Shown: positions 1-10,164, counted from the stretch's first letter. The stretch: DNA of 64,000 nucleotides from an uncultured Flavobacteriales bacterium (GCA_964512145.1 CAZEIM010000009.1:7-64006), one strand, 5' to 3'. The notes: generated from the sequence alone by a model not told the origin. Numbers and translations are program-made.

Positions 1-84
1 TGGTTTTTAAGAATGTTTTTATTTTTTTGGAGGTTTTTTTTATTGATGATAGATTTATGATTGATTTATGTTAATTTGTTGTTT

Positions 85-1548
85 ATGAATAAAGTTTTAT
101 TATATATTGTTTTAGTTTTAATTTCAACTAACTACAATGCTCAAAATGTAGGTATAGGAAATAGTGCACACACCCCGGTTCAACGTTTGCATGTACACGA
201 AAACTCTATTAGTACCGGATTAGGAGTAAAAATAACTAATAACACTACGGGTTCAACCGCTACGGATGGAGTTGATTTAATACATGGATCATCTGGAGAT
301 TTTGAAATACGGCAAAGAGAAGCCAGTGCTTTACGTTTTTTAACTAGCAATACTGAACGTTTTACTATTCTTAGCGGTGGTAACGTGGGTATAGGGAGTA
401 CTAATCCTGGAGCTTTCTTAGATATATCATCCTCAGCAACCACTACACAAATTCATCGAATAACCGCAAATTCACTTTCTTCTGGTAACGCGCTTCAAAT
501 AACTACATCTTCTACTGTATTATCGGGTGATTTAGTTTCTTTAACTTCATCAGGAAGTGCAGCTGGAGTTAGCGGAAGTGTTTTAAAACTAGGTATGACC
601 GGGGCAAGTTCTACAGGGACAGCCTTAAATATAACAAAAGCAGGCGCAAGCGGGGCTATATTTCGGGCGAATGATGACGGAACATATAATGATGCTAGTC
701 CATTTATTATTACAGGAAATGGGAACGTTGGGATAGGTTTAACATCCCCAGGTGCATATTTAGATATATCATCCTCAGCAACCACTACACAAATTCAACG
801 AATAACTGCAAATTCACTTTCTTCTGGTAATGCACTTCAAATAAATACATCTTCTACTGTATTATCGGGTGATTTAGTTTCTTTAACTTCATCAGGAAAT
901 GCAGCCGGAGTTAGCGGAAGTGTTTTAAAGCTTGGAATGACAGGCGCAAGTTCTACAGGAACAGCATTAAATATTTCTCATAATGGTAGCAGTGGTTATG
1001 TGTTAAGAGTTAATGATGAGTCTTCTTATGCTGATGCTTCCCCTTTTATAATTGATGTTGCAGGAAATGTGGGTATTGGAACTACTTCAGCCAATTATAA
1101 ATTATTAGTTAATGGAAGAATAAAAACAAATGCCATTAACGAATCATCCGATGAACGTTATAAAAAAGAAATACAAACCATAGAAAGCGCTTTGTCAAAA
1201 ACTATAGCGTTGAGAGGCGTTATGTATAAATGGAGAACTGATAAATTTGCTGAATCTTTTACGGATACAACTTTACAAATAGGATTAATTGCTCAAGAAG
1301 TTGAAAAAATATTACCCGAATTGGTTGAAACAGATTTAGATGGATATAAATCTGTAGAATATTCTCATATTGTTGCATTATTAATTGAAGCCATTAAAGA
1401 TCAACAGATTTTGATATTAAATCAAAGAAATGATCTTGAAAAATTAGCTTCAGAATTAAATCATTCAAAGCAACAAAATGACATCGAAAAGTTGAAAACA
1501 GATGTTGAGAAATTAAAATCGTATATTTTAGGAGAATGTTCAAAATAA
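85..1548 (+). CDS. secreted tail-fibre-like protein with C-terminal peptidase S74 (intramolecular chaperone / autoprocessing) domain and a terminal coiled coil
   Basis: ORF 61..1548. The likely start is the internal ATG at 85, giving MNKVLLYIVLVLISTNYNAQ as a signal peptide. Repeated GNVGIGxxxP units are followed by SDERYKKEIQ..LRGVMYKWR..IGLIAQEVEKILPELV..VEYSHIVALLIEAIKDQQ, which matches my memory of the S74 endosialidase-chaperone signature. The last ~45 aa are K/E/L-rich and heptad-like. Confidence 0.75.
   Translation: MNKVLLYIVLVLISTNYNAQNVGIGNSAHTPVQRLHVHENSISTGLGVKITNNTTGSTATDGVDLIHGSSGDFEIRQREASALRFLTSNTERFTILSGGNVGIGSTNPGAFLDISSSATTTQIHRITANSLSSGNALQITTSSTVLSGDLVSLTSSGSAAGVSGSVLKLGMTGASSTGTALNITKAGASGAIFRANDDGTYNDASPFIITGNGNVGIGLTSPGAYLDISSSATTTQIQRITANSLSSGNALQINTSSTVLSGDLVSLTSSGNAAGVSGSVLKLGMTGASSTGTALNISHNGSSGYVLRVNDESSYADASPFIIDVAGNVGIGTTSANYKLLVNGRIKTNAINESSDERYKKEIQTIESALSKTIALRGVMYKWRTDKFAESFTDTTLQIGLIAQEVEKILPELVETDLDGYKSVEYSHIVALLIEAIKDQQILILNQRNDLEKLASELNHSKQQNDIEKLKTDVEKLKSYILGECSK
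379..1062 (+). repeat. two in-frame tandem copies of a 342-bp (114-aa) unit inside the S74 gene
   Basis: GNVGIG codons start at 379, 721 and 1063, an exact 342-nt period. The central ~200 nt of both copies are nearly identical (ttagatatatcatcctcagcaaccactacacaaattca...). The antisense ORFs 180..443 and 495..785 both begin MVAEDDISK, which mirrors the duplication. Confidence 0.9.
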
Positions 1549-1571
1549 ACTTTATTTTTTCACTTTTGTAT

Positions 1572-4001
1572 ATGAAACGCTCATTTTTATCTATTATATT
1601 TTTATTTTTTGCTACAAATTTTTTTGCTACAATATGGTATGCTAAGCCTACTGCTACTGGATCTGGCAGTGGAAGTAGTTGGGCAAATGCAACAACGCTT
1701 AAAAATGCAATAAGTTTAGCAGTAAATGGGGATGAAATTTTATGTTATTCAGGGACTCATAAACCGGGTACATTAAATACTGACTTTTATAATATTACAA
1801 AGAATATTACCATTTCTGGAGGTTATTTTGGCTCAACAATAATTTCTGGAGATTTAGGAGGAAGTGTTTTTGCACATACTATATTTAAAATTAATGGAAC
1901 CGTTTCTATTAATAATGTAACAATACAAAATGGAGAACATACTGAAGCCAATGGCGGTTCAGGTACAGGAGTAATTTATGCACAATCTGGAACCCTAACA
2001 TTTAATAAATGTATTATTACTTCTAATACAAGTGAAATTTCTGTTGTATATGCTGATAATAATGCTACTGTGATACTTAATGACTGCAGTGTTACATCAA
2101 ATGATGTAGGTACCCCTGCAATTTTTTGTGAAGGATGTATTAAAATGGATGCCAATAGAACCTATTTTATTGATAATACAACAATATATAATTCTTGGCC
2201 AGGTATAGCATTTGGAGCCATTAATACAACATCTACATCTACGGTTCGTAATTGTGTTTTTAGAGCAAATACCTCAAGTTTTGGTAGTCACGCAGGATTA
2301 TTTTATGGAACAGCAAGTGTTGATATAGAAAATTGCACATTTTCTGGAAATCCAAGAGGTGTTAGGTTTGACGGAATTGCAGGATATACAATGAATATTA
2401 GAAATAGTATAATTTATAATAACACTAATGGACAAATTAATAATGACGGTGCTGGAACTTTAAATGTTGTTTATTCTTGTGTGCAAGGTGGTTATTCAGG
2501 GACAGGAAATATTAGTACAAATCCACTTTTTGTAAGTGGTACCGATTTACATATCCAAACCACATCTCCTTGTAAAAATACTGGTAATAACACTTACGCA
2601 GCTAACCCAACCGATATAGATGGAGGCACTAGAATTTTATCTACCACTGTTGATATGGGAGCTTATGAATTTGGTTGCGCTGCTCCCTCAGTACCATCAG
2701 GAACCTCAACCCCGGCAACACTATGTGCAGCTGGAGTTGTAAATCTAAATGTAACCTCACCAACTGCAGGAATAACTTATAGCTGGTATTCTAGTTCATG
2801 TGGAGTTTCAAAAATTGCCTCTGGAACATCTATTAATGCAGAAGTCTTATCTACTCCCTCTACTATTTATTTAAGAGCAGAAAATCTGTGTGGTAATTCT
2901 ACGTGTGCAAACATTACTATAAATACTGGGGGTAGCCCTCCAGTACCAACCTATACTCCAGCTTCTCCAAAGATATGCGGAAGCAATTCAGTGGAGGTAA
3001 CTGCAACTGGTGGAGGGCCTAATGTTGTATACCAATGGTATTCATCAAGTTGTGGAGGGACATTGTTGGGTACTTCAGATTCTTATACTTTTACTGCTGG
3101 AGGAACATATTATGTAAGATCATATGACGCTTCTGCGCCCGGAGGTTGTCAATATAGCACTTGTGCAACAATTACAGTAGTATCAGAAGCCCAAATTTGC
3201 GATGTAAAAGGTTTTTTTGCAAACCCTTCCAATAATTGCGGCCCAAATACTATTACATTAGCTTACCTAAATAGCAATCCAGCTCCAACTACTCCAACAG
3301 GTTGCGATAATACAGGATATACTGATGCCACTACATACCATTATTATAAAGATGGTTGTGGAACTGAAAATGGCGGAATACATCTTGGATCTGGTATTTC
3401 TGTTAATCCAACTGTTACAACCACAGAGGTATTTTATATTAGAAGAGAAAAAGCAGGATTTTGTCCGTCTCCATGCAAACAAGCAACAATTAATGTAAAC
3501 CCCCTTCCTTTAAATCCAGCAGAGGTTAATGCAAGTCCCACAAGTGTTTGTAGTGGGGGTTCTTCAACATTAACAGTATCTGGAGGCTCTACAGGGCCTG
3601 ATTATGAGTATGTTTGGTATACTGGAAGTTGTGGAGGTACCGAAATTGATATTGGTTCATCGGTAGTTGTTTCTCCTGGATCAACAACTACGTATTATGT
3701 TGCTGTTAGAAACTTTTGGACATATTGTAAGTCAGAATGTTTACAGGTTACAGTCACAGTTGGCTCAGGAAATCCCGTGGGTATTGTTACTTTTACAGGA
3801 AATGTAAATAGTAATTGGCATAATTGCGCCAATTGGAGCCCTGAAGTAATACCCACGTCACAATCAAATGTTGTAATACCTAATGCTAAAAATGCGATTA
3901 TTTATAATCCTAATATTGCAGATTGTAATACTATTGAAATTCAAGGTACAGGAACATTAGAAATTCAAACAGGATCTTCACTTAATGCGATTTCACAATA
4001 A
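1572..4001 (+). CDS. secreted right-handed beta-helix protein followed by four Cys-containing Ig-like repeat modules; putative adhesin with no T9SS C-terminal domain
   Basis: ORF 1536..4001. The likely start is ATG 1572 (MKRSFLSIIFLFFATNFFA signal peptide). The N-terminal half has N/T/S-rich beta-helix-like repeats ending in DIDGGTRILSTTVDMGAYEF, the motif typical of pectate-lyase-fold / choice-of-anchor-Q proteins. Four modules with C..G....L.V.....Y.WY.SSCGG...G.S.....P..T..Y.VR....C.S.C..V.V follow. The C-terminus lacks the T9SS sorting signatures seen in the 24087 and 36544 genes. Confidence 0.7.
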   Translation: MKRSFLSIIFLFFATNFFATIWYAKPTATGSGSGSSWANATTLKNAISLAVNGDEILCYSGTHKPGTLNTDFYNITKNITISGGYFGSTIISGDLGGSVFAHTIFKINGTVSINNVTIQNGEHTEANGGSGTGVIYAQSGTLTFNKCIITSNTSEISVVYADNNATVILNDCSVTSNDVGTPAIFCEGCIKMDANRTYFIDNTTIYNSWPGIAFGAINTTSTSTVRNCVFRANTSSFGSHAGLFYGTASVDIENCTFSGNPRGVRFDGIAGYTMNIRNSIIYNNTNGQINNDGAGTLNVVYSCVQGGYSGTGNISTNPLFVSGTDLHIQTTSPCKNTGNNTYAANPTDIDGGTRILSTTVDMGAYEFGCAAPSVPSGTSTPATLCAAGVVNLNVTSPTAGITYSWYSSSCGVSKIASGTSINAEVLSTPSTIYLRAENLCGNSTCANITINTGGSPPVPTYTPASPKICGSNSVEVTATGGGPNVVYQWYSSSCGGTLLGTSDSYTFTAGGTYYVRSYDASAPGGCQYSTCATITVVSEAQICDVKGFFANPSNNCGPNTITLAYLNSNPAPTTPTGCDNTGYTDATTYHYYKDGCGTENGGIHLGSGISVNPTVTTTEVFYIRREKAGFCPSPCKQATINVNPLPLNPAEVNASPTSVCSGGSSTLTVSGGSTGPDYEYVWYTGSCGGTEIDIGSSVVVSPGSTTTYYVAVRNFWTYCKSECLQVTVTVGSGNPVGIVTFTGNVNSNWHNCANWSPEVIPTSQSNVVIPNAKNAIIYNPNIADCNTIEIQGTGTLEIQTGSSLNAISQ
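2676..3762 (+). repeat. four divergent ~80-95-aa Ig-like coding repeats (Y-x-WY...CGG motif)
   Basis: Read from the protein: ITYSWYSSSCGVS, VVYQWYSSSCGGT, TYHYYKDGCGTE and YEYVWYTGSCGGT. Each lies between conserved Cys residues and ends in a C-x-S/N-x-C ... I/V-T-V/I motif. Confidence 0.6.
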
Positions 4002-4099
4002 TAATTAATTAAAGCTATTCATTTCTTATAGTTTATTATTCTAGCAATTAATAATCTTACGTTAATTTTTCCCTATTTTAGCATTTTAAATATAATTGG

Positions 4100-5374
4100 A
4101 TGAAAGATCAAGAAATTTTTTCTTTAATACAGGCCGAATATCATCGTCAAAAAAATGGAATAGAATTAATTGCCTCTGAAAATTTTGTGAGTGAACAAGT
4201 CATGCAAGCTATGGGCTCTGTACTTACCAACAAATATGCTGAAGGGTTGCCCGGAAAAAGATACTATGGAGGATGTGAATTTGTAGATAAAGCCGAAAAT
4301 TTAGCCATAGAACGACTAAAAAAATTATTTGGTGCCGAATGGGCCAATGTTCAGCCTCATTCAGGTGCTCAAGCAAATGCGGCCGTATATTTAGCCGTAT
4401 TAAAACCGGGGGATACAATTTTAGGATTTGATTTATCCCATGGTGGTCATTTAACACATGGTTCACCCGTAAATTCATCCGGAAAATTATACCGCGCAAC
4501 ATTTTACGGTGTACTAAAAGAAACCGGAAGAGTTGATTATGAACAAATGCGCCAAAAAGCATTATTGGAGAAACCTAAATTAATTATTTGCGGGGCATCA
4601 GCTTATTCGAGAGATTGGGATTATGCTCGCATTCGATCCATAGCCGATGAAGTGGGAGCATTGGTAATGGCGGATATATCACACCCTGCAGGATTAATTT
4701 CTCAAAAATTATTAAATAATCCTTTACAACATTGTCATATTGTAACCTCAACTACTCATAAAACCTTGCGTGGACCAAGAGGCGGAATAATTATGATGGG
4801 AAAAGATTTTGATAATCCTTGGGGATTAACTACCCCCAAAGGTGAAATTAAAAAAATGTCTGTTTTATTAGACTCTGCTGTTTTTCCGGGTACTCAGGGA
4901 GGGCCATTAGAACATGTAATAGCAGCGAAAGCGGTTGCATTTGGAGAAGCACTATTACCCTCTTATTTTGAATATGCTCAACAAGTCATAAAAAATGCAT
5001 CCGTCATGGCCTCTGCATTTATGGATTTAGGATATAAGGTAGTTTCTGAAGGTACCGATAATCATTGTATGCTGATTGATCTTAGAAATAAAAACATATC
5101 CGGAAAAGACGCTGAAAATGCCTTAATAAAGGCCGATATAACTGTAAATAAAAATATGGTGCCTTTCGATGATAAGTCGCCCATGGTAACTTCCGGCATT
5201 AGATTGGGAACCCCAGCTATTACTACACGCGGAATTAAAGAGCCACAAATACAACAAATGGTTGAATGGATGGATGCTGTAATTGAACAACCAAATAATT
5301 TAGCTTTACAGCAGGATATTAAAAACAAGGTACATGCTCTAATGTCTAATTTACCATTATTTGCTAATTACTAA
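4100..5374 (+). CDS. glyA: serine hydroxymethyltransferase
   Basis: 424 aa. It has [25 protein letters not shown] and the PLP-lysine region [12 protein letters not shown]. Confidence 0.97.
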   Translation: MKDQEIFSLIQAEYHRQKNGIELIASENFVSEQVMQAMGSVLTNKYAEGLPGKRYYGGCEFVDKAENLAIERLKKLFGAEWANVQPHSGAQANAAVYLAVLKPGDTILGFDLSHGGHLTHGSPVNSSGKLYRATFYGVLKETGRVDYEQMRQKALLEKPKLIICGASAYSRDWDYARIRSIADEVGALVMADISHPAGLISQKLLNNPLQHCHIVTSTTHKTLRGPRGGIIMMGKDFDNPWGLTTPKGEIKKMSVLLDSAVFPGTQGGPLEHVIAAKAVAFGEALLPSYFEYAQQVIKNASVMASAFMDLGYKVVSEGTDNHCMLIDLRNKNISGKDAENALIKADITVNKNMVPFDDKSPMVTSGIRLGTPAITTRGIKEPQIQQMVEWMDAVIEQPNNLALQQDIKNKVHALMSNLPLFANY

Positions 5375-5383
5375 TATACTTAT

Positions 5384-6637
5384 ATGCAAACACTACATTC
5401 ATGGGTATCGGTTGATCCGCAGTCGGATTTTAGTATATACAACTTACCTTTTGGCGTTTTTAAAAATGCTCAAATACAACATCACATAGCCATTGCATTG
5501 GGTGATTTTGTAATCGACTTACATGTTTTGCAAGAATTGGGATATTTAAATGATTTAGCGTTACCTAATAACGTGTTTAATCAAAAGTCACTCAATGCCT
5601 TTTTAAGCTTAGGAAAACATAAAACATCGCAGGTACGCAAAAAGGTACAGGAAATTTTTTCTTCCGATAGTACATTAAAACAAGAAAAAGATCATTTAGA
5701 AGTAGTCCTTATCCGATCAAAAAATGTTCAAATGCTTTTGCCTATAGAAATAGGCGATTACACCGATTTTTATTCCAGTAAAGAACACGCTACCAATGTA
5801 GGAACTATGTTTAGAGACCCAAATAACGCTTTGTTGCCTAATTGGAAACATTTGCCCGTTGCTTATCATGGCAGGTCATCGTCTATAGTAGTATCCGGAA
5901 CTCCAATCTACAGACCTAAAGGACAGCAAAAACTAAACGATACAGATCCTCCTGTTTTTGGCCCAACAAAACAGCTCGATTTTGAGTTAGAAATGGCTTT
6001 TGTTACCTTTAATGGAAAACCTTTAGGTAAGTCCATTACTGAACAAGAAGCCGAAGAATACATTTTTGGAATGGTATTATTTAATGATTGGAGCGCGCGC
6101 GATATTCAAAAATGGGAATATGTTCCCCTAGGCCCATTTTTGTCGAAAAATTTTGCATCGTCAATTTCTCCTTGGGTGGTAACTTTAGACGCATTAGAAT
6201 ATTTTAAAGTACAAGGGCCTAAGCAAGATATCAAAGTATTACCGTATTTAAAATCAAGCGGAGAAAAAAATTACGACATACAATTAGAGGTTTTTCTACA
6301 AACATCTCCTTTAAACGTACAAAAAATTTGTGTGTCTAATACTAAATATCTGTATTGGAATATATGTCAACAACTTGCACATCATACCATAAATGGATGT
6401 AACATACGAAGTGGAGATTTAATGGCCTCAGGAACTATTAGTGGTCCCGATGAAAACTCTTACGGCTCTATGCTCGAATTAGCCTGGAAAGGAACAAAAC
6501 CTATAAAACTACCCGATGGTAGTGAACGCTCTTTTTTACAGGATGGAGATACATTAATTATGAAAGGCTATGCTAAAAAAGATAACATTCGAGTAGGCTT
6601 TGGAGAGGTGCGAGGCACTATTTTTCCTGCAGTATAA
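5384..6637 (+). CDS. fahA: fumarylacetoacetase (tyrosine catabolism)
   Basis: 417 aa. It has the NLPFGVF N-terminus, DYTDFYSSKEHATNVG and FGMVLFNDWSARDIQKWEYVPLGPF, all characteristic of the FAH family. Confidence 0.88.
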   Translation: MQTLHSWVSVDPQSDFSIYNLPFGVFKNAQIQHHIAIALGDFVIDLHVLQELGYLNDLALPNNVFNQKSLNAFLSLGKHKTSQVRKKVQEIFSSDSTLKQEKDHLEVVLIRSKNVQMLLPIEIGDYTDFYSSKEHATNVGTMFRDPNNALLPNWKHLPVAYHGRSSSIVVSGTPIYRPKGQQKLNDTDPPVFGPTKQLDFELEMAFVTFNGKPLGKSITEQEAEEYIFGMVLFNDWSARDIQKWEYVPLGPFLSKNFASSISPWVVTLDALEYFKVQGPKQDIKVLPYLKSSGEKNYDIQLEVFLQTSPLNVQKICVSNTKYLYWNICQQLAHHTINGCNIRSGDLMASGTISGPDENSYGSMLELAWKGTKPIKLPDGSERSFLQDGDTLIMKGYAKKDNIRVGFGEVRGTIFPAV

Positions 6638-6647
6638 AATTCCACTT

Positions 6648-8189
6648 TTGTATCATCAATCATTTATATCAATATTTATTAAAACCAGCATTGGAATTTT
6701 AGTATTATTTTACAGCAACCTATTATTTACTCAAAATGATAGCGGAAAAACTAAAAAAATTGAGCTTATTCATGCTGATGTGTTAGAGTATGATGAAACA
6801 TCCGGAATTAAAGCCAGAAAATTAATTGGCAATGTGCATTTTAAACATGAAGATGCTGACATGTTTTGCGATAGTGCTTATTTATTTAATGAAACAAATA
6901 GTTTAAAAGCATTTAGTAAGGTTAAAATAGTAAATGTAACAGGTGAAACTATTACGGGAGATTCTTTAGATTACAATGGCAATACAAAATTCGCAAAATT
7001 AAGAGGCAGAATAAAAATGATTGATAAAGAACGAGAAGTAACTACCAGTTTTTTAGATTATAATTTAAAAGAGAATATAGCGTATTATTTTAATCGAGGT
7101 ACCGTTAAGAATAATAAAGATAAATCAATTTTAAAGAGTGTATTTGGATATTATTATACTCAAAAAAAAGAATTCTTTTTTAAAGATCAAGTCTTACTAA
7201 CACATCCTGATTATACTATAGAGTCTGATACCATGATGCATAATACTTCTTCTAATATTACCTATTTTTTAGGCCCAACAAGTATTAAAGATAGTAATAC
7301 CGTTTTATTTTGCTATTATGGGTGGTTTGATCAGACTAATGATGTCACTTGGTTAAAATATAAGGCAACTATAACCAAAGACAATCAAGTACTTAAAGGA
7401 GATAGTATTTATTACGAAAAAAAAACGGGTATTGGGCAAGCATACCATAATGTAAGTATGGCAGATACCACCGAAAATCTTTTGGTAACAGGAGATTACG
7501 GGTACTATAATGAAAAAGATAGTTCCTTTTTTGTGACCTTTAACGCTTTATTAACACAGTTCGAAAAGACAGACACGTTTTATTTACATGCCGATACCTT
7601 ATTTTCGTTTTATGATTCTGTTAAACAAGGAAGAGTTATTTTGGCATACTATAAAAGTAAATTTTACAAAAATGATATTCAAGGTATGTGCGACTCATTA
7701 GTTTATAAACAAACAGATTCAATTATTCAAATGTACATTAATCCCATACTATGGTCAGACTCCAGCCAGTTAAGTGCTTCATACATTGAAATTAAACAAA
7801 AAAATAATCAAGCCGATAGTTTATGGATGAAAGAAAATGCTATGGTAGTTTCTATGGTTGATACCATAAAATATAATCAAGTATATGGTGATAGTATGAA
7901 AAGTGTTTTTAAAAATAATGCCATTGAAAATATTTATGTGTATCATAATGCAAAAACATTATACTATCCGGATGATGATAAAAAAATTATCGGATTAAAT
8001 AAAGCATCTAGTAAGTTTATGAATATTTATGTTGAAAAAAACAACATTAAAAAAATTAAGTTTTATGAACCTGAAAAATCAGAGTTAATTCCCTTAAGTC
8101 AAGTATTGTCTGATGAAATGTACTTAAAAGGCTTTAAATGGATAGAAGAAAGAAGACCCAAAAATAAATACGATGTATTTGTTTGGTAA
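6648..8189 (+). CDS. OstA-like (LptD/LptA N-terminal fold) periplasmic/outer-membrane protein
   Basis: ORF 6600..8189. KIELIHADVLEYDE..GIKARKLIGNVHFKHEDADMFCDSAYL is an OstA_N-type motif. There is no in-frame ATG near the 5' end. TTG 6600 overlaps fahA by 38 nt and TTG 6648 lies just after the fahA stop, so the start is uncertain. Confidence 0.6.
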   Translation: MYHQSFISIFIKTSIGILVLFYSNLLFTQNDSGKTKKIELIHADVLEYDETSGIKARKLIGNVHFKHEDADMFCDSAYLFNETNSLKAFSKVKIVNVTGETITGDSLDYNGNTKFAKLRGRIKMIDKEREVTTSFLDYNLKENIAYYFNRGTVKNNKDKSILKSVFGYYYTQKKEFFFKDQVLLTHPDYTIESDTMMHNTSSNITYFLGPTSIKDSNTVLFCYYGWFDQTNDVTWLKYKATITKDNQVLKGDSIYYEKKTGIGQAYHNVSMADTTENLLVTGDYGYYNEKDSSFFVTFNALLTQFEKTDTFYLHADTLFSFYDSVKQGRVILAYYKSKFYKNDIQGMCDSLVYKQTDSIIQMYINPILWSDSSQLSASYIEIKQKNNQADSLWMKENAMVVSMVDTIKYNQVYGDSMKSVFKNNAIENIYVYHNAKTLYYPDDDKKIIGLNKASSKFMNIYVEKNNIKKIKFYEPEKSELIPLSQVLSDEMYLKGFKWIEERRPKNKYDVFVW

Positions 8190-8200
8190 TATTTCGTGAA

Positions 8201-9465
8201 ATGAAGCGTAAAACACTAAAAAATATCATATTTACAGGTAGTGTTTTAGTTGTATTTATAACATTAGCACAAAGCTTTTGGGTGTATAACGCTTACCAGT
8301 TAGAAAAACAAAAGTTTAAAGAAAAAACCATTACATCTTTATATCAAGTCATAAAAATTATAAAGAACGAAAAATATGAAGATATAAGTACATTAGATCT
8401 AGTAAAAGAAACAAACGATTATACATACCGGGTTCATGTTCACGATAAAATTCAACAACATTATTTAGAGAATATTTTAAAAAAAGAATTTATCGCTCAA
8501 AACATGAATACGGCATTTGAATATAGGATATTAAATAGCTTTACCGATTCTGTAGTACACAGAAAAAGAATTTCTTAAAAAGAACTATTCAACAAGATTT
8601 AAAATATCTTAATAAATTAGGCATTGCTACCGAATACTTTGAAATTGAATTTATTCACCCGCATCAAAAGTTTATTTTTGAACTGCGCTTTATTATTTTA
8701 GTTTCTTTATTAATATTAGCCTTGGTGAGTGTTTTTATATACACCATGCTTTTTGCTTTAAAGCAAAAAAAGATGGAAGAAATAAAAAATGACTTTATCA
8801 ATAATGTTTCTCATGAATTTAAAACTCCCATTTCTAGTATATCTGTTTGCAGTGAGGTATTAATGAACGATGATTTTTCTAAAGATAGTGAGCGATTAAA
8901 ACAATATGCACAAATTATTCAACACGAAAATAATAAACTAAAAAATTTAATAGAAAGCGCACTTATTTCCTCCATTTACAGCTCAGGAAATGTTGGATTA
9001 AATAGAAAGGAAATTAACGTACATGATCTTTTACATAGTATAATAGAAAACTTTAAACTCCAAGTAGAACAAAGAGGTGGAAAAATTTCACAATTTTTTA
9101 ACGCTTTGAAGGATGAAATTTATGCCGATGAAATACATATTACGAATATATTTGTTAAAATTATGGATAATGCTTTAAAATATTCGAAACAAAATCCTGA
9201 AATTATCGTATCAACGGTAAACAAAAACGAATATATTATTGTTAGTATCCAAGATCATGGGGTTGGAATAGATAAAAAAAATATGAAGCATATTTTTAAA
9301 CAGTTTTACAGGGTTTCTTCAGGCGATAAGCATGATGTTAAAGGGTATGGACTTGGATTAAGTTATGTAAAACAATTTGTCGAATTGCATGGAGGCCATG
9401 TATATTTAACCAGCCAATTAAACAAAGGAACAACATTTTTTATTGAATTACCTTATAAACATTAA
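8201..9465 (+). pseudogene. sensor histidine kinase interrupted by a 1-nt frameshift (fragments 8201..8578 and 8539/8722..9465)
   Basis: The N-terminal fragment (TM helix IIFTGSVLVVFITLAQSF plus a sensor region) ends at TAA 8576..8578. The other frame is open from 8539 and runs through a second TM helix (FIILVSLLILALVSVFIYTMLFAL). It continues into the H-box FINNVSHEFKTPISSI and the HATPase region (GYGLGLSYVKQFVELHGG). The frame switch must lie within 8539..8578, which contains A-runs. Confidence 0.75.
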
Positions 9466-9471
9466 TACTTT

Positions 9472-10164
9472 ATGAATCCAGTTTTAAACATTTTATTAGT
9501 TGAAGATGATCCTAGTTTAGGTTTTGTAATAAAAGATAATTTAACTAAAAACGGTTATCAGGTTTACTTGGTTCAAGACGGTGAAAATGTTCTAAACGAA
9601 TATTCTAAGCATAAATTTTCTGCCTGTATTTTAGATATTATGTTGCCCAAAAAAGATGGGTTTGATGTAGCTATTGATCTAAAAAAGGTAGCCCCTGATT
9701 TACCCATTATATTTTTAACCGCTAAATCACAGTTAGAAGATAAAATAAAAGCATTTAATTCAGGGGCGGATGATTATGTAACAAAACCATTCAAAATGGA
9801 AGAATTGTTATTAAGGTTACAAGCAGTATTAAAAAGAACAAAACACATTGTAACGGATGATAAACAATCTTACAACATTGGTAAATTTACTTTTGATTAT
9901 AAAAACAGGAAGTTGTTGGGTGGTGAAGAAAGAGCACTAACCAAAAAAGAAGCCGAATTATTAAAGTTATTGTGCATGCATAAAAATTCTGTATTAGAAA
10001 GAAACATTACTTTAAGTACTATTTGGGGAAAAGATGATTATTTTAATGGGCGCAGTATGGATGTGTTCATCACAAAACTCAGAAAATATTTACGAACCGA
10101 TCCTAATATTGAAATACAAAACGTACATGGAATTGGTTTTAAATTAACCATTAAGGAAGCCTAA
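9472..10164 (+). CDS. OmpR/PhoB-family response regulator
   Basis: 230 aa. The receiver domain has LLVEDD, ILDIMLPKKDG and LTAK. The C-terminal winged-helix region has LTKKEAELLKLL and HGIGFKL. Confidence 0.92.
   Translation: MNPVLNILLVEDDPSLGFVIKDNLTKNGYQVYLVQDGENVLNEYSKHKFSACILDIMLPKKDGFDVAIDLKKVAPDLPIIFLTAKSQLEDKIKAFNSGADDYVTKPFKMEELLLRLQAVLKRTKHIVTDDKQSYNIGKFTFDYKNRKLLGGEERALTKKEAELLKLLCMHKNSVLERNITLSTIWGKDDYFNGRSMDVFITKLRKYLRTDPNIEIQNVHGIGFKLTIKEA

Noticed and set aside
180-785. Two minus-strand ORFs (180..443 and 495..785), both starting MVAEDDISK
   Set aside because: Their similarity simply mirrors the 342-bp tandem duplication of the plus-strand S74 gene. They are shadow ORFs.
8557-8578. 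Programmed -1 ribosomal frameshift in the histidine kinase
   Set aside because: There is no X XXY YYZ slippery heptamer in the zero frame (cac aga aaa aga att tct taa). I see no obvious downstream structure, and kinases are not known to use recoding. An indel in an A-run is more parsimonious.
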